64,000 nt of DNA from Lama guanicoe. Lineage: Eukaryota. This document shows, one piece after another, positions 1 to 12,216 of this stretch. The number at the start of each line of letters is the position of its first letter. The stretch's first letter is position 1. The DNA lies in contig MU057340.1 of NCBI GenBank assembly GCA_013239625.1, positions 10,589,657-10,653,656 of the forward strand, read 5' to 3'. The notes below the pieces were generated by a model. That model made no database searches. It worked only from the letters and a program-made list of their open reading frames with translations, and was not told the DNA's origin. Position numbers and translations under genes: made by a program.

Positions 1-459
1 AGGATGTTCTAGAAACGACACCTCACAGAAGAACCTCACCCATCCGGATTAATTCATCTGGCATCGGTGGCTGCCTGCTTTGTAACAGAGCACATGCCGG
101 GGGCGTCGTAGTCCATATCATTGTGTTTCCTGACATACACATGTAAGCGAGGATGGACTAGAGACATCTTAGTTTACTTCCCCCTCATTCATTTTCCATG
201 AACGTTGTAACTCTCCAAGGTACTGGTTTGGGTAGCTCTCCAAGGTACTTATTTTGAGCCTGGCCCCAGGGGCCCCTCTCCGGATTCATCTCTGCCGATG
301 CCACCATCTCTGCCTCCCATTCCTTCCTCTGAAGTCCATGGCCCTCATGATCTCAATCACACTAAATTACACTGCTCCGGATGGTCAAATGTCTTCCTCA
401 ACTAGAATGTACCCCCCTTGTGGGCAAGAACCAACTTTTATGCCACCTTCTCCATCACA

Positions 460-655
460 ACTCCCTTGGCCACTGTATCATTACCTGGCTGTATTTTCCC
501 CCTAGCACTCACCAGTATCTGAAATAGTTGACTCATTTATCACCTGCCTGTCCACTAGACTAACATTTTGGTTACCTTTCCTGCCCTACCCCCTAGTATC
601 TAGAAAGGTGGGTGCCAAAGAAATTATGGGCCCTCTGTAAATACTTGGGAGTAGG
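460..655 (+). mobile_element. L2 LINE 3' end fragment (ancient)
   Basis: tagcactcaccagtatctgaaa...cctgcctgtccactagac...ctagaaaggtgggtgcc...taaatacttg follows the L2a 3' terminus motif order; diverged. Confidence 0.6.
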
Positions 656-2627
656 GGGATACACCTCTTCAGCACCCCCCCTCCATGGCCAGCACGGGTC
701 TGAGCATATCTCGAGCTCAACACAGGCTTTCTTGTCGATCAGTGGGGTGATTGACTGGTACACAGGGCCAGATCCTGTCAACAGATGGTCAGGGATTGGA
801 CTGTGAAGGCCCCAGGTGTCTGGCCCGAATGGGCACAAGGCATGGCTGATTTTATGGGCCCACTCATGGTTGCTGATCGTAGCAGTACCAACAGAAATGG
901 CTTCAGTTACAGAGGACGGCACCATCCATCACCAGTGTCTCTTGTCACTCTGCTCTGAAAACCGATTTCTATGAAAGAGGATTTTGATGGGAAGGCGAGG
1001 TCTGTGCAGTGGGAGTCAAAGACAAAGAATGAGGGATGCTTTTGAGGTCTTTGAGTAATTTTTATTTTTAATTGAGGAAGCAAATTCTGAATGGGGAATT
1101 GGCAGGTTTTCTCCTCCCTCAATTTTCAGATGAGATACATCTTGGTTCCTCATTAGGATTCTAGGTTAGGCCATCAATTTCCTTTTAAGCAGAAGTCCAT
1201 TTGGTGAGGATGACTTTTGTCTCAACCTATCTGATAAGAACAGACCATGCAGCAATGCTGCAGAGGGTCAACGCAACCCCCGCCTAAATCTTCTTGTAGG
1301 GCACTGTACAACCCAGCAGATCCCAGAAAAATCCCAGGACAGGGTCCCTGGTTCCCCTAACCCTGCAAGTGGGACATCCACGGAACAAATGGACCCACTG
1401 AACAGAACCTGGCATCTGGAGACCAAGCTTTGTAAGTTGCAGGGGCAGCTGTAGGCTTCCTGGAGGAGGCAGTCAGATGGATTTCAGAAGACGGATGGGG
1501 CTTCCTCGCCCAGAGAGGAGGGTGAGGTGGTCCAGGTGGAGGCAGGTGTGAACATGGTGTGGTAACAGGGAGGAAGGAGGTGGAGACAGCAGTGGGTTTG
1601 CCAGGAGTGAGGAGGGCCCTTTTAAAAGGGAGGCTGGGAAGTGAAACTTTGTGACCTAGGGGACTCCTCCAGTCATACAGCTGGTAGTGGTAGAGCTGGG
1701 GGAGTTCAGCTCAACTGGCTTAAGTACCAGAAGTGCCAGTCCGCAGGATGTGATGTGACTCAGTGAAGGTGGGTGGTGAGGTCGCATGTAGTGTCCTTGT
1801 CCAGGCTCCTCAGTGACTTGGTCCCTTACCTCTAGCTGGTCCCCTTGCCCTTCTTGGTACCAGGACACCCACCCTCAAACTGCCCAGTGAGTGGAGTCCG
1901 GAGCCACAACCACGTATCTGACATAGGGGGAGGGTCCACGGCTCAGACCCAGCAGGAGGCTTTAGTGGCACCTCCAGCTTCTGCCTAGATCCCGTTTCTT
2001 CGACTGAGAGAAGCTCTCAGCTTTCAACCTGGCTCTGGACAGGACAGAACCAGACACAGTCAGAGGAATGTGCATCCATGATGGATACTCTCCAGCCCTC
2101 TCCTACTGAGCTCCTTATCCGGTTGAGATGGAGATGATCACATTCAGTAGTTTGGGACCTAAAAATAGTTCAGCTTTACTCCACTGGGTTAGGGAATCTC
2201 CGAGAAAACTCACCGAAAGAAAGAGGCTAAGATGAGAGGCGTCTCTCATTATCAGTAGGGGCCCATCCATCGGTCCTAGCACGTAGACCATCAAGATTGG
2301 CTTCACTTTCTCCATTTCTTATGCCCCCTCTCCTTTTGGCAATAAAGGCGTGCTTTTAAATGGTTTTACTCTTGAATGCTTCTCTCTCTATTGCTAAAAA
2401 TGACTTCTTCTGAAAAACAAGAAAATCCAAGAAAATTGCATGATTTAGTGGTGTAAAATCCTGTATTTAGTGATTTCCTGTCACTTCTGTGGTCCAGGGC
2501 CAAGTAATTGCTCTAATTTCCCTCAGGAGAAACAAGTAAGAAACTGTATTTAAAAAAGATCTAAGTGTTCTGCCTTTGTCTGGTGTCACTGATAATAATT
2601 CCATCAAAATACTAAGGTAGGCGGAAA

Positions 2628-2810
2628 CCCATTTAATCCTTATAGCAACATGCGAGCTGCTACTACCTTTGTTTTTCGAAAGAGGGCATCCAGGTTCGGA
2701 GAGACTGGGGAAGTGCTTGAGGTCACTCAGGTGCGAAATGTGGGCTGACGTTCACACCTGGGTTCACCTTGTCTCCAAGACCGTGAGTTTTTGCCATTAG
2801 ACTACCTGCC
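2628..2810 (-). mobile_element. MIR SINE
   Basis: atttaatccttatagcaac...ggttcggagag...gaggtcactcag...ctccaagaccgtgagtttttgccattagactac is the reverse-complement MIR core. Confidence 0.7.
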
Positions 2811-2879
2811 ACTATCACGTAGGAAGGCCACTGCTTTCACCAAAGAATCCCCAACCTCTCGCCAACCTGGCGCGTTTTA

Positions 2880-3520
2880 CAGAACATGACATCAATACCC
2901 ATTAATTCATAAAGTCACCAATCTCCTTCAGAAAACCCACTGATCAAGAATTATAACCTTGTAATTGATACATTCTTATTTAATTACAAAGGCTCTGGAG
3001 ATGGAATGTAATTTCATGCTACGTCTGCTTGGCTTGCTTATTGCTTTAAACCAACTATATCACTGAAAGTATTTAAAAGAGAAATTGCTCCAGGGGATAC
3101 AAAATCCTTAGATGTTTGCATCTAAATAAACTGGCAGTGCCATTAAAGGGCAGAAAAAGGAATATTATTAAGCAGTCTGTAATTAAAGTATTGATTCTTT
3201 CTGCATGAATAAAAAGCAAAGATGTATTAATTAGCGATTAATATAACCTAAGATTAGGCTAGAAAGATACTAAAGTGAAGCACTCAATCCAGTGTGGAGT
3301 GGTATATTGTTTTCCAATTAGAAGGTTTCTATTTGAGGAAAAATTGTAACAAGACAAGTTCATGTTTCTACTCCACTTGAAGCTGGAATTATTTTTCTTA
3401 AGAGTTTGGAGCTTTTTTTTTTCTGACATATCTGTGAATTTATGGAGCTGCTGGGAGGGGTAGGAAAACATAGCCATTTTATGTTGGAGAAAAGCATTAA
3501 CTCTGGGTTCGCACAGTCAT
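2880..3520. promoter_or_regulatory. candidate conserved non-coding element / enhancer (AT-rich, homeodomain-site dense)
   Basis: Repeat-free AT-rich island in GC-richer flanks, with many TAAT/ATTA cores (attaattc, gtaattg, ttaattac, gtaattaaa, attaattagcgattaat); function is inferred, conservation not tested. Confidence 0.45.
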
Positions 3521-6500
3521 CGTCGCAGGCTAGGAGGCAGTCACGCAATGGACTAGCTCTCAGATCCGGCTCCTGTATCTTCACTGAGGAGGGTGACATC
3601 TTCAGCAGGAGACACACCATTTCATTCCACTAGGAGGTTCAGAGGGTGAGTGGCCATGTGGAGGACTTGGAGCAGGTCCTCTTGGCTTCCCCCTGGGGGA
3701 CTCTGAGTGTTGAGGTGGGGCAGGACCAAGAGCAGTGAGCTGCAGAGGGAAGGTGGGACTGGAATCTGGGATCTGCCCCTTTGCAGTGGGTGCTCTAGAA
3801 AAGCACCAGCCGTGGACCTCTTTTGCTTATTGTCCTTCAAAGCAGTCGAGTCTCCATGCAAATTGGTATGAATGAATTCAGCAACAGTCAAACAGCTACA
3901 AAACTTGGACCAATCTAACTCCACAAAATCAGCTGTTTTCTTTGACCTGTTAGGCGGCTGTCCAAGGGGCTTCCCTGAACAAGTCACATTCCCACTGGTC
4001 CCTTTGAGAAATGAATGTCATGTTCAGATGGATTTCACATGGCTCCAACATTTAACTGATCTTACGGAGGAGGGTTTAATACACTGCTGATTAGGCATTC
4101 CACTTGCAAACTCTCAACTTAATGCTATGGAGAGACGCTTGCACAGTCAGAAAGACAGCAGTGAAAATCATCGCGCAGGTGGAGCAGAGTGGGGTGGCTG
4201 CACCGGGGAGCAGTCTGCATCAGGGTGCTGGGGCAGCTGGGAGTACTGGGGGTTTCCAGCAGACTAAAGTTTGGCCCTGCAGGCGGGAGACTGGGGAGAG
4301 CTGTCCATGGTGGCACCTGGGAAAAGGACCCTTCTGCAGAAAGATGCTGGAGGTGCTTCCACGTGCCTCAGGGCTGGGGAGATGCTGAAGACAGATACAT
4401 CTTCCCATCAAGGGAACTTCAGGTGTGAGAGTCCTCTGAGGGGTTTCACGCACCATTCCTACAGAGAGTTGTCTCCAGAATCCCAGCTGAACGCGGAGAT
4501 CCCTGGTGCTAAGGCATTGGGGGATGATGGGTTAAACAAGGGTGCTCCTGTCCCTCACATCCCCTTCCTTCCCTGAGCTCCAATGTCACAGTGATCAGCT
4601 GCCCTAACTAGGAGGCAGGTGGGGTCACAGAAGGGAGAGATGGCCAAGCAGGGAAGCCCACCTAACCCCTCACCATCCCCTCCCACCTCCAGGCACCGGC
4701 CAGCAACACGCCTGAGCTGGGAGGAAGGAGGTTCCATTGTAACTGAGAATGAAGTCCTTGAATAGTACAGGGACCTGGATGTATTTATTACTGAACCCAG
4801 AGTGTATCTGTGGCTTAAAGCTACTGGGGCCTCTGTTACCTGAGGGTGTACAGTGGGGCGCGTGGGCATGGACGACCCACCCAAGGGGGTTTGAACAAGC
4901 AGAGTGGGGCAGGCAGGGTTAGAATGACATCCTAGAATCCTGCCTGTTCACAAATCGGTCACACGGGTGGGTCTGTGGCCCCATCCTGTGTAAGGAGTTA
5001 TGCTGATGACCTCACACATTGCCTGCCACCTGACCCTCCTCACAGCAGACCCGTGAGGTGGGTGCTGTCCATCAACCAACACTCACTGGCTCTACCAGAT
5101 GCAGGGCCCAGAGCCTCGGCCAAACTGAGGATCCATTTGCTCCGAGCTCTAAACACAGTTGTACTGTGGGACACCACCACCCCATAAACGAAACATGAGA
5201 CCTTGTCTGGAAGTCTCTGGGGTTGGAACGTTCTTATTTTGTGCTCCTTTTACAAAGTACAGGAAGGACATCTGAGTCTCCCCGGGACACCAGGGGGCTC
5301 AGCTGAGTTCTGGGCCACCGGAGCAATCGGTTTGCACGGCAAGGGCTGTGTTTTCTGCCTCTTTCTATTGCATCCAGATTTAACTGGCAGGACCGAGTGG
5401 CTGGAGGCTTTCTCCCCATCACACCAGGCAGGGTGCCACCCTAGCAGGTGGGCACCACGGGACGTGTGCCAGGGAAGCGGGAGGTCTGTGGGGTAGAGTC
5501 CAGACAGCTGTCACCGAGCATCTGCACAGCCCCTCCCAGGTGATGGCGGTGGAGCAGTGAAGTCTGCTGGCCCTGAGTCACTGCCCCACCATCCTCCACT
5601 GTATCTCCTCCCCAGGCAGCTGCTTCTCTGTCTCCTGGGGACCTTCTGTGATTGCATTTGTCTTTGGCCTTTTTGCTCATTGAGAAAAGGTTAGTCAGCA
5701 GCATCTCCTCTTGAGGGACCTGCTCCTGACTGGGGCTTCCAATGGAAGGGCAGGGTGGGTTTTAAGGAGGGACATCCCCCACCGCCACGTGCTCCCTACC
5801 CCCAGCACATCCTCTCTGGGATGGGGCAGAGTTAGCATCCACCCAGGCTCCATATTTCCTTATGATATGGGACTGAGCATTCTCATTTCTGTACTGTGAC
5901 TGTATCTGAGAATTCGCCATCCCAGAAGGTTTTATTTCATAAGAGAGATATGAGATTCTTTACATAGCCTGCACTTGTGTTTAGGGGCAGGGAAAGGAGT
6001 CCCCTGCACCTCCCCCCGCCGCCATGGCCCTGAAGTCATGAATTTGACAAGAGACAGTAGGAGGCAGAAATAACATTTGGTTTCTGAGGGTATCCCAGGG
6101 GTCCTCTGTGATCAGTGTGCTGGTTTTGTACACGCACCTGCCCCCAATTTGCCACATAAAACTTGGATCTGAACCCGAGCCCTGCCGTCCTCCTGGTCTC
6201 CTGTCAGTGAGCTTGCTTTCAGAGCTGTGACATCAAGAGCCAGCCTTAGGCAAAAAGAGCTCTTTGATTCCCGCCTACCTGCCTCTCCTGGCCTTTCTAA
6301 TCTCCCCTCTTCTCTCCTTGCTCTCCGCACGCATCCCCCCCGGCCTTCAGGATGCTGTCTGCACGACTGGAGGCACACAGGTGTGGTCTGAGCAGCTAGG
6401 GGCCGTAGGGACTGCTTTGAGCAGGGCTGACAACCCCATCTCATGGACCAGTGGGGTCTCAGCTCTCAACCTCCACCACACCCTCACCTCCCACACAGTT

Positions 6501-7768
6501 GGCTCCTCCGTGTCCCTTTGATTTATCGCAGCAAAGGTCTGAAGCAGCTCCTTAGGAGAGGTGGGGAGGGGTCCCCCAGGGGAGGGCCTCCAAGAAGCAG
6601 GCTAATGTGGACTGGGCAGCAGTGATGGGTGACTTTGCTTCCAGGCCCGTGAATGGTCCCCTGACAGGGGAAGCGTTGCTGTGAAAAGGCGTGCTGGGCA
6701 CAAGCCAATACAGCAGGATCTGCCCTTGGGGTATCTGCAGTTTTGGGGTCATGTTTGGGGTCAGTTTTGCTCAGACGATGGTGGAGTGGAGCCCTGTCTG
6801 AGGCTGAGAAATCGGGAAGAGCACTAGGCATTTCACGAAGGGGATTTAGTGCTGGGAGCTATGCACATGGGTCTTGGAGGGCTGCAATGGAGTGGAGAGG
6901 AGGCACTGTGGGGGCCGGGGGATGAGTGTGTAAAAAAGCAGTGTTCACTGCTCAGGATGATGGACAAAGGGAGTGTGACTGGGTTCACAAACCAGTAGCT
7001 CAGAGAAGGGGCCCCACAGAGCCGGCGGGTCCCAGCTGGAGCTGATGCCTTTGCACCTTAGAAGCTCAGGGGATGTCCTCTGGGAAGCTCAGAACTTTGA
7101 AGAGGGGCACTGCCTGGTTAGCCTCTGGAGGGGTCACTGTGAGGGGGGTTCTCTATGTGACAAAATGAGCTGGGACTGGCCACCTCTGCTGCTGGAGCTC
7201 CCTTTCCTGGGGCAGTGTTGGCAGGACCAGCCAGCAAACGGAGGGAGCCCACCTCTGCCCCCACCTCCTGTCTTGCAGCCTCCCTCCAGTGGCCCTATGG
7301 GCAGAAGTGAGCTGATGAAGGAAACACGCCACTTGCTGGGCCCCAGTCCTGGTGCCTCAAGGTGGAGGACAGAAGGTAGATGTGGAGGCGAGAGATGGTT
7401 CCTTAGTAACAGGCATGGCTGGGACTGGTTCTGCTCCGGAGCTGAGCACACTGACTTGATGCTAAGCCAGAGTCTCTGTCACTCAAGGTCAGAGCCAACA
7501 AGTATCAGACTTGTGACATGGAGCTCAGCATGTAAAGGAGTTTTCTGGTCTGGTGAGGGGAATACAGGTTTAGGAGTCACCGTGTTGTGGGTCCATATTC
7601 GACCCACCGCGCACACACAGTGTGGAGCTGTGCACAGCACCCAGGGCCTCTAGGCCCTCCTTTCTTCATCTGTAGGATGTGGTTCTGGCGCTCTCCTTTC
7701 AGAGACGTCTGTGAGATGCTGGGCAGAGTATCTGGCCCCTGTTCTCTGTCTACGAGTTTTCACACCTG

Positions 7769-8210
7769 TGTGGACAGGGGAGTCTACCTGGGGTCCTGGT
7801 TCTAAAGGATCAGGACATCAGCCACTGCAGCTCCCGCCCCACCTCCCCAGCCCATGGTGCACCCTGACAAGAATTCTGGGTTGAAAAAAAACAGGACACT
7901 GGCCCTAGAGAACTAAGATTCATATCTAAGGAATAATTTCAATAAGCCCAGACACTTGCATCTTCCAATACCTTTTAAAAAAGCACTAAAATCGTTACCT
8001 TGAGATGTCTTTCTTGCAATTAGCAGTAATAGTTTGATATTCAATTATACATGTACATACATATTTAGCAAAAAACTCCTGTGTATCCTGGCTCCTCCCT
8101 TACCTCCTCAGAGCTACCGAGAGGCTGTCTCCCAGGCTGTAGTCCTTGGTAAGTTCCTCCAGTAAAACCTAATGCACAACTTCTAGGTTGGGTGTTTTCT
8201 TCCATTGACA
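7769..8210 (+). mobile_element. ERV1-class solo LTR (resembles artiodactyl LTR39-like families)
   Basis: TG...CA termini (tgtggacagg...tccattgaca); 4-bp TSD cctg at 7765-7768 and 8211-8214; AGTAAA polyA-like signal at 8161; 3' end resembles recalled ungulate ERV1 LTR U5. Confidence 0.8.
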
Positions 8211-9132
8211 CCTGATGCTACACAACTCAGATTCAGGTTCCATTTGAGGTCAAGATGGCTTTAGAGTCACAGCTGTGGATTGCTTCCTTGCTGACCAAGC
8301 GCAGACTTGTTGGGCTGGTTTCTGGATTGGCTTTGTCAGGTGAGGCTTTTGTCTCAGAAGTGACCTGGGGGGAATGCAGAGGGGCCAAAGTCAGGGCTGT
8401 TCTGTAGGGTGGTGTCAAACCCCTTACCGTGGTAAAGTGGCACATTCCTCAAACAATGAGGCCAGCCCTCAGGATCTCCTTGGAGTGAAAAGTGTGATTC
8501 CTCCCCTTGCATAACTTGGATTTTGTCTGTTCCTAAGCTAATTAGCTGTGAGAGGGGGAAAAAAATACCCCAAGAGATTGCATTTTCATTGTAATTTTTA
8601 ACGCATGGTTTGAAAGCCCAGTCCTGGTGAGATGCTGGAGGAGCTGTGGTCCTTTCTGAGGGGCTTTAAATGCAGCCTTGTTTTCCTTCCTTGAGGGGAG
8701 CCCTTCATTCCTGGGAGCCCCCTCGCACACACCAATGAGCACACGCGCACATGCTGCACACGTGTCAGCCACACAAAATCAGTACGTAAATTTGCAGAAG
8801 GTTATAAAAGATCCACAGACAGAAATGAGATTCCCTAGCCAGGGCTGCCATGAGTACTTGAAAGAGAGTTCTTTCTTTTCCTCTCCCTGACTCTCTCTTT
8901 TGGTTTTCTTCAAATGGCTCCTTTGTGGGACATAATTTTTTGCTTGTTTTAAACTTAAAATAGCACTTCCCCCAAACTCCTCAGGGAAACATTAGTTCCA
9001 AAAGGGTCTCAGTAACATTACACAGAAAAGAAAGTTCTGTGGTTAAATAAATTTGGTTAGCACCCAGTTAAACAGGGTTCTATCTTTTGCAGGACTCCCC
9101 TGAGCCTTTGCCTGATAAAGTACTCCTGGAAC

Positions 9133-9730
9133 CATATATATAACAGATAGATACATATATAACATACATAACATACATAGACACACATACATCACACATG
9201 CAACACACACAGCACATGTAATACACATATAACACATGACACACAAATATGCACACATATAACATACATACATGTATACATATGTACACATATAACATGC
9301 ATACATACATATGTATAAGATAGTACATATCCATACATATATACATATGTAACACTTGTAGCAGATACACACACAACACATATGTGACACATATAACACA
9401 TATACATATAACACACATAGATACACACAACACATATACATATAACACAATGTAACACTTATAACTTACATGCACATACATGACATACAAAATACACATA
9501 TAATGCACACATAACATATATACATATATAACATACATGTATACATGTATAACATATGCACACACATAACATGCATACATATATATGTATAACATATTAC
9601 AGATCCATACATATATACATATGTAACACTTGTAACAGATGCACACATATATCACATGCATACATAGATAGATATATAACATATATGTAACACATATATA
9701 AGACATATATAGCAGATATACAGTGTGTGT
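9133..9730. repeat. degenerate (CA/TA)n low-complexity tract with internal ~274-bp-spaced duplication
   Basis: Near-continuous alternating purine-pyrimidine cata/caca/tata; block ...ccatacatatatacatatgtaacacttgta-cagat occurs at about 9289-9366 and 9563-9640. Confidence 0.9.
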
Positions 9731-10411
9731 CTGAGTGCTGAGCACATAGTGCATGACTGAAAAATAGAAACGATTGTGAGGATGATGGCTTGTATCTACA
9801 ACTGTGTCGATCCTCAGCTGGGAATGAATGGTACCCAGTGGGAGTTGGCAGAGGTGACTTGAGGAGAGAATTCACTGCTTCCTAGAGAGAAGGGAGACAG
9901 ACGAGGTCATATACACTTCCCATGAGATAGGTTCGTGTTACGAGCTGGAACATGAAATCCTTCTGTTCATTGCAGAATATAAATACACTCACTGAAGGAT
10001 AGAAAGCTGGTGGAGGAAATCGAATAGCGTAAAGGCAGCACGAAGGAGAGAGAAAGTACAGAGCCAGATAAAAGGACACATTTTCATAGCAAGTGAACCC
10101 ACACAGCATCTCATCCACCATTTTTCTGATTGTGTTTTAGAGTTTATTGCAGCTGAGAAAATCATGAACCAGATGACCGGCTTCAAGGATGAGAGAAAGG
10201 GGGTTGCCGCTCTCCTCTTATCTTGCTGTGAAGACCACAGGCACAAGCCAAGCCTTTCAGAAATGAAAAGAAACAGCTGGAGCCTGCATCTCTCAGCCTC
10301 CATCAGAGCTGGTCTCTAGCCCTAACCCTAACGCCGCACCCTTCTCTCCCGTGGCTTGTTTGGGACGACCACGCGCTTTGTCCACCCTCATGGACACCCT
10401 GGGCTGCTGCA

Positions 10412-10917
10412 GTATATTTACACAATGGAATACTATTCAGCCATAAAAACGATAAAATAAAGCCATTTGCAGCAACATGGACGGACCTAGAGACTGTCAT
10501 TCTTAGTGAAGTAAGTCAGACAAAGACAAATATCATATGATATCACTTATACTTGGAATTAAAAAAAAAGGAACAAATGAACTTATTTACAAAACAGAAG
10601 CAGACTCACAGACATAGAAGACAAGCTTATAGTTACCAAAGGAGAAAGAGGTGTGGAGGGATAAATTGGGAGTTTGGGATTTGCAGATACTAACTACTAT
10701 ATACAAAATAGATAAACAACAAGTTTCTACTGTATAGCACAGGGAACTGTATTCAATATCTTGTACTAAACTATAATGAAAAAGAATATGAAAAAGAATA
10801 TATATGTGTGTATAACTGAATCACTCTGCTGTACATCAGAAACTAACACAACGTTGTAAATTGACTACACTTCCATTTAAAAAATTACATAATTAATTAA
10901 ATTAAATAAAAATAAAA
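10412..10917 (+). mobile_element. L1 3' end, 5'-truncated (cetartiodactyl/camelid type)
   Basis: tacacaatggaatactattcagccataaaa...gcagcaacatggacggacctagag...acagacatagaa...gtaaattgactacacttcca followed by an A-rich tail. Confidence 0.92.
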
Positions 10918-10939
10918 CCCCAGAGTGTATTCCTCCATA

Positions 10940-11340
10940 GCCAAAGATATTTATCAAAGTGCTATGTGTAACAGCCAAAACTGAGGACAGCTCATACGTC
11001 CAATAACAACAATTTTGGTAAATAGATTGTGGTCCCTCTACACAGTGGGCTCCTAACCAGTCACTAAAAATGAGACCATGGGTACTTCTTGGTTCCAAAA
11101 GATGTTCATGAGATATTAGCGACAAAAAGCAAGTTGCTGAAGTTGAATAGTGTGATCCCATTTTTAAAATTAATTAGAGAAGAGAAAAGCATTTCCAAAG
11201 ACTACCTGTCAGGTTGCCAACAATACAGAGCTCCTGGGACTTGAATCATCGGATGATTTTTCATTTCTTCTTCGTACTTTTTTACTTTTTTAGATTTACA
11301 TATTTGCTAAAATAAAAAATGACCAATAAAAATACTAAAA
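10940..11340 (+). mobile_element. old L1M (L1ME-like) 3' fragment
   Basis: aaagatatttatc...aaaagatgttcatgagatattagcgacaaaaagcaagttgc...tagtgtgatcccatttt...gatttttcatttcttctt matches ancient L1ME 3' UTR motifs. Confidence 0.6.
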
Positions 11341-11389
11341 TATGGCCATTGTCTCAGGTTCTAAAAATGCGGATTAATGTTTTTTATTC

Positions 11390-11900
11390 TTATGCTCACA
11401 CTTCAGCAGTTTAGAAAAGCCTTTGGTGACAGTTTCACTGATAATTGAAAGATAAATAAACTTACACATGATGAGAGTTCCTAGGTTTGATGCTGACTCT
11501 GCCTCCGACACTGTGAATTCAGCAGTGACCTCCCTGCTTTCTAGAGTGAAGGGGCTGAAGGAGATGTCTGAGGCCCAGCTCTGATGCCCACTTTGATGCT
11601 GTCCCTGCCAAGCCACCCTCTGAGCCGCGCAGGGAATATCCACTGCCTTTGCAAGCATGGGGTCAAGTCCATTTAGAAACAGATCGTGAGGAAGGGGGAA
11701 AAAAAACAAGTCACGTTCATTTGCTTCATTACAACAATTTAATAGGAACAACCATTAAAAAAGGGAAATGTCGAGTGGGCTATTAAAGGCCTCCAGCAGG
11801 AACGGGTGCATCTAGGTGCAAATGGCAAATGGGAGTGATCTCCAGAAAGAAATACAGAGGGGTGTGCTCGCTGCAGCAGCTCAAACACCATTTTCATTTA
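11390..11900. promoter_or_regulatory. candidate conserved non-coding element
   Basis: Repeat-free; GATA sites (tgataa, agataa), MARE-like tgctgactctgcc at 11491-11503, homeodomain and SOX-like cores (acaacaatttaata, ccattaaa, ctattaaa). Confidence 0.35.
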
Positions 11901-12216
11901 GATCATACGAGAGGCTGAGACCCACGGCAGCCACGCGTGGCTCCGAGAGGAACCTTGTCATCCCCTAACCGCAGACGATGTCCTCCTGCCATTGGTGCAA
12001 TGTAGCTCAACGCTGGAGTACTGGGGGTGGTTCTGGGCCAGTGCTATGCGAGGGCCCGGTATTCAGACTGTCGTCACAGGTCTCAGCCAAGAGAAAGAGT
12101 GGCAGGAGCATGTCATTAGTGTAGAGGAACGCACAATAGAGGAGTGACAGCAGCCCCTGCTGAGAGCTGCTGGGCCTGCAAATGAGTGCGTGCGAGCCCG
12201 ATGGATTAGGGGTTAG

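Noticed and set aside
207-249. 18-bp direct repeat gta(a/g)ctctccaaggtact with 25-bp period
   Set aside because: A simple micro-duplication with nothing suggesting function.
7045-7653. 202-aa ORF with a proline-rich stretch
   Set aside because: No homology recognised, W/G/S/L-rich composition typical of non-coding GC-rich DNA, and no supporting splice structure.
9043-9875. Several long minus-strand ORFs (up to 224 aa) rich in C/Y/V/M/I
   Set aside because: They are translations of the (TG/TA)n low-complexity tract, which has few stop codons by composition.
11468-11560. Possible C/D-box snoRNA (ATGATGA ... CTGA)
   Set aside because: No terminal stem and no recognisable rRNA/snRNA guide; such short motifs occur by chance.
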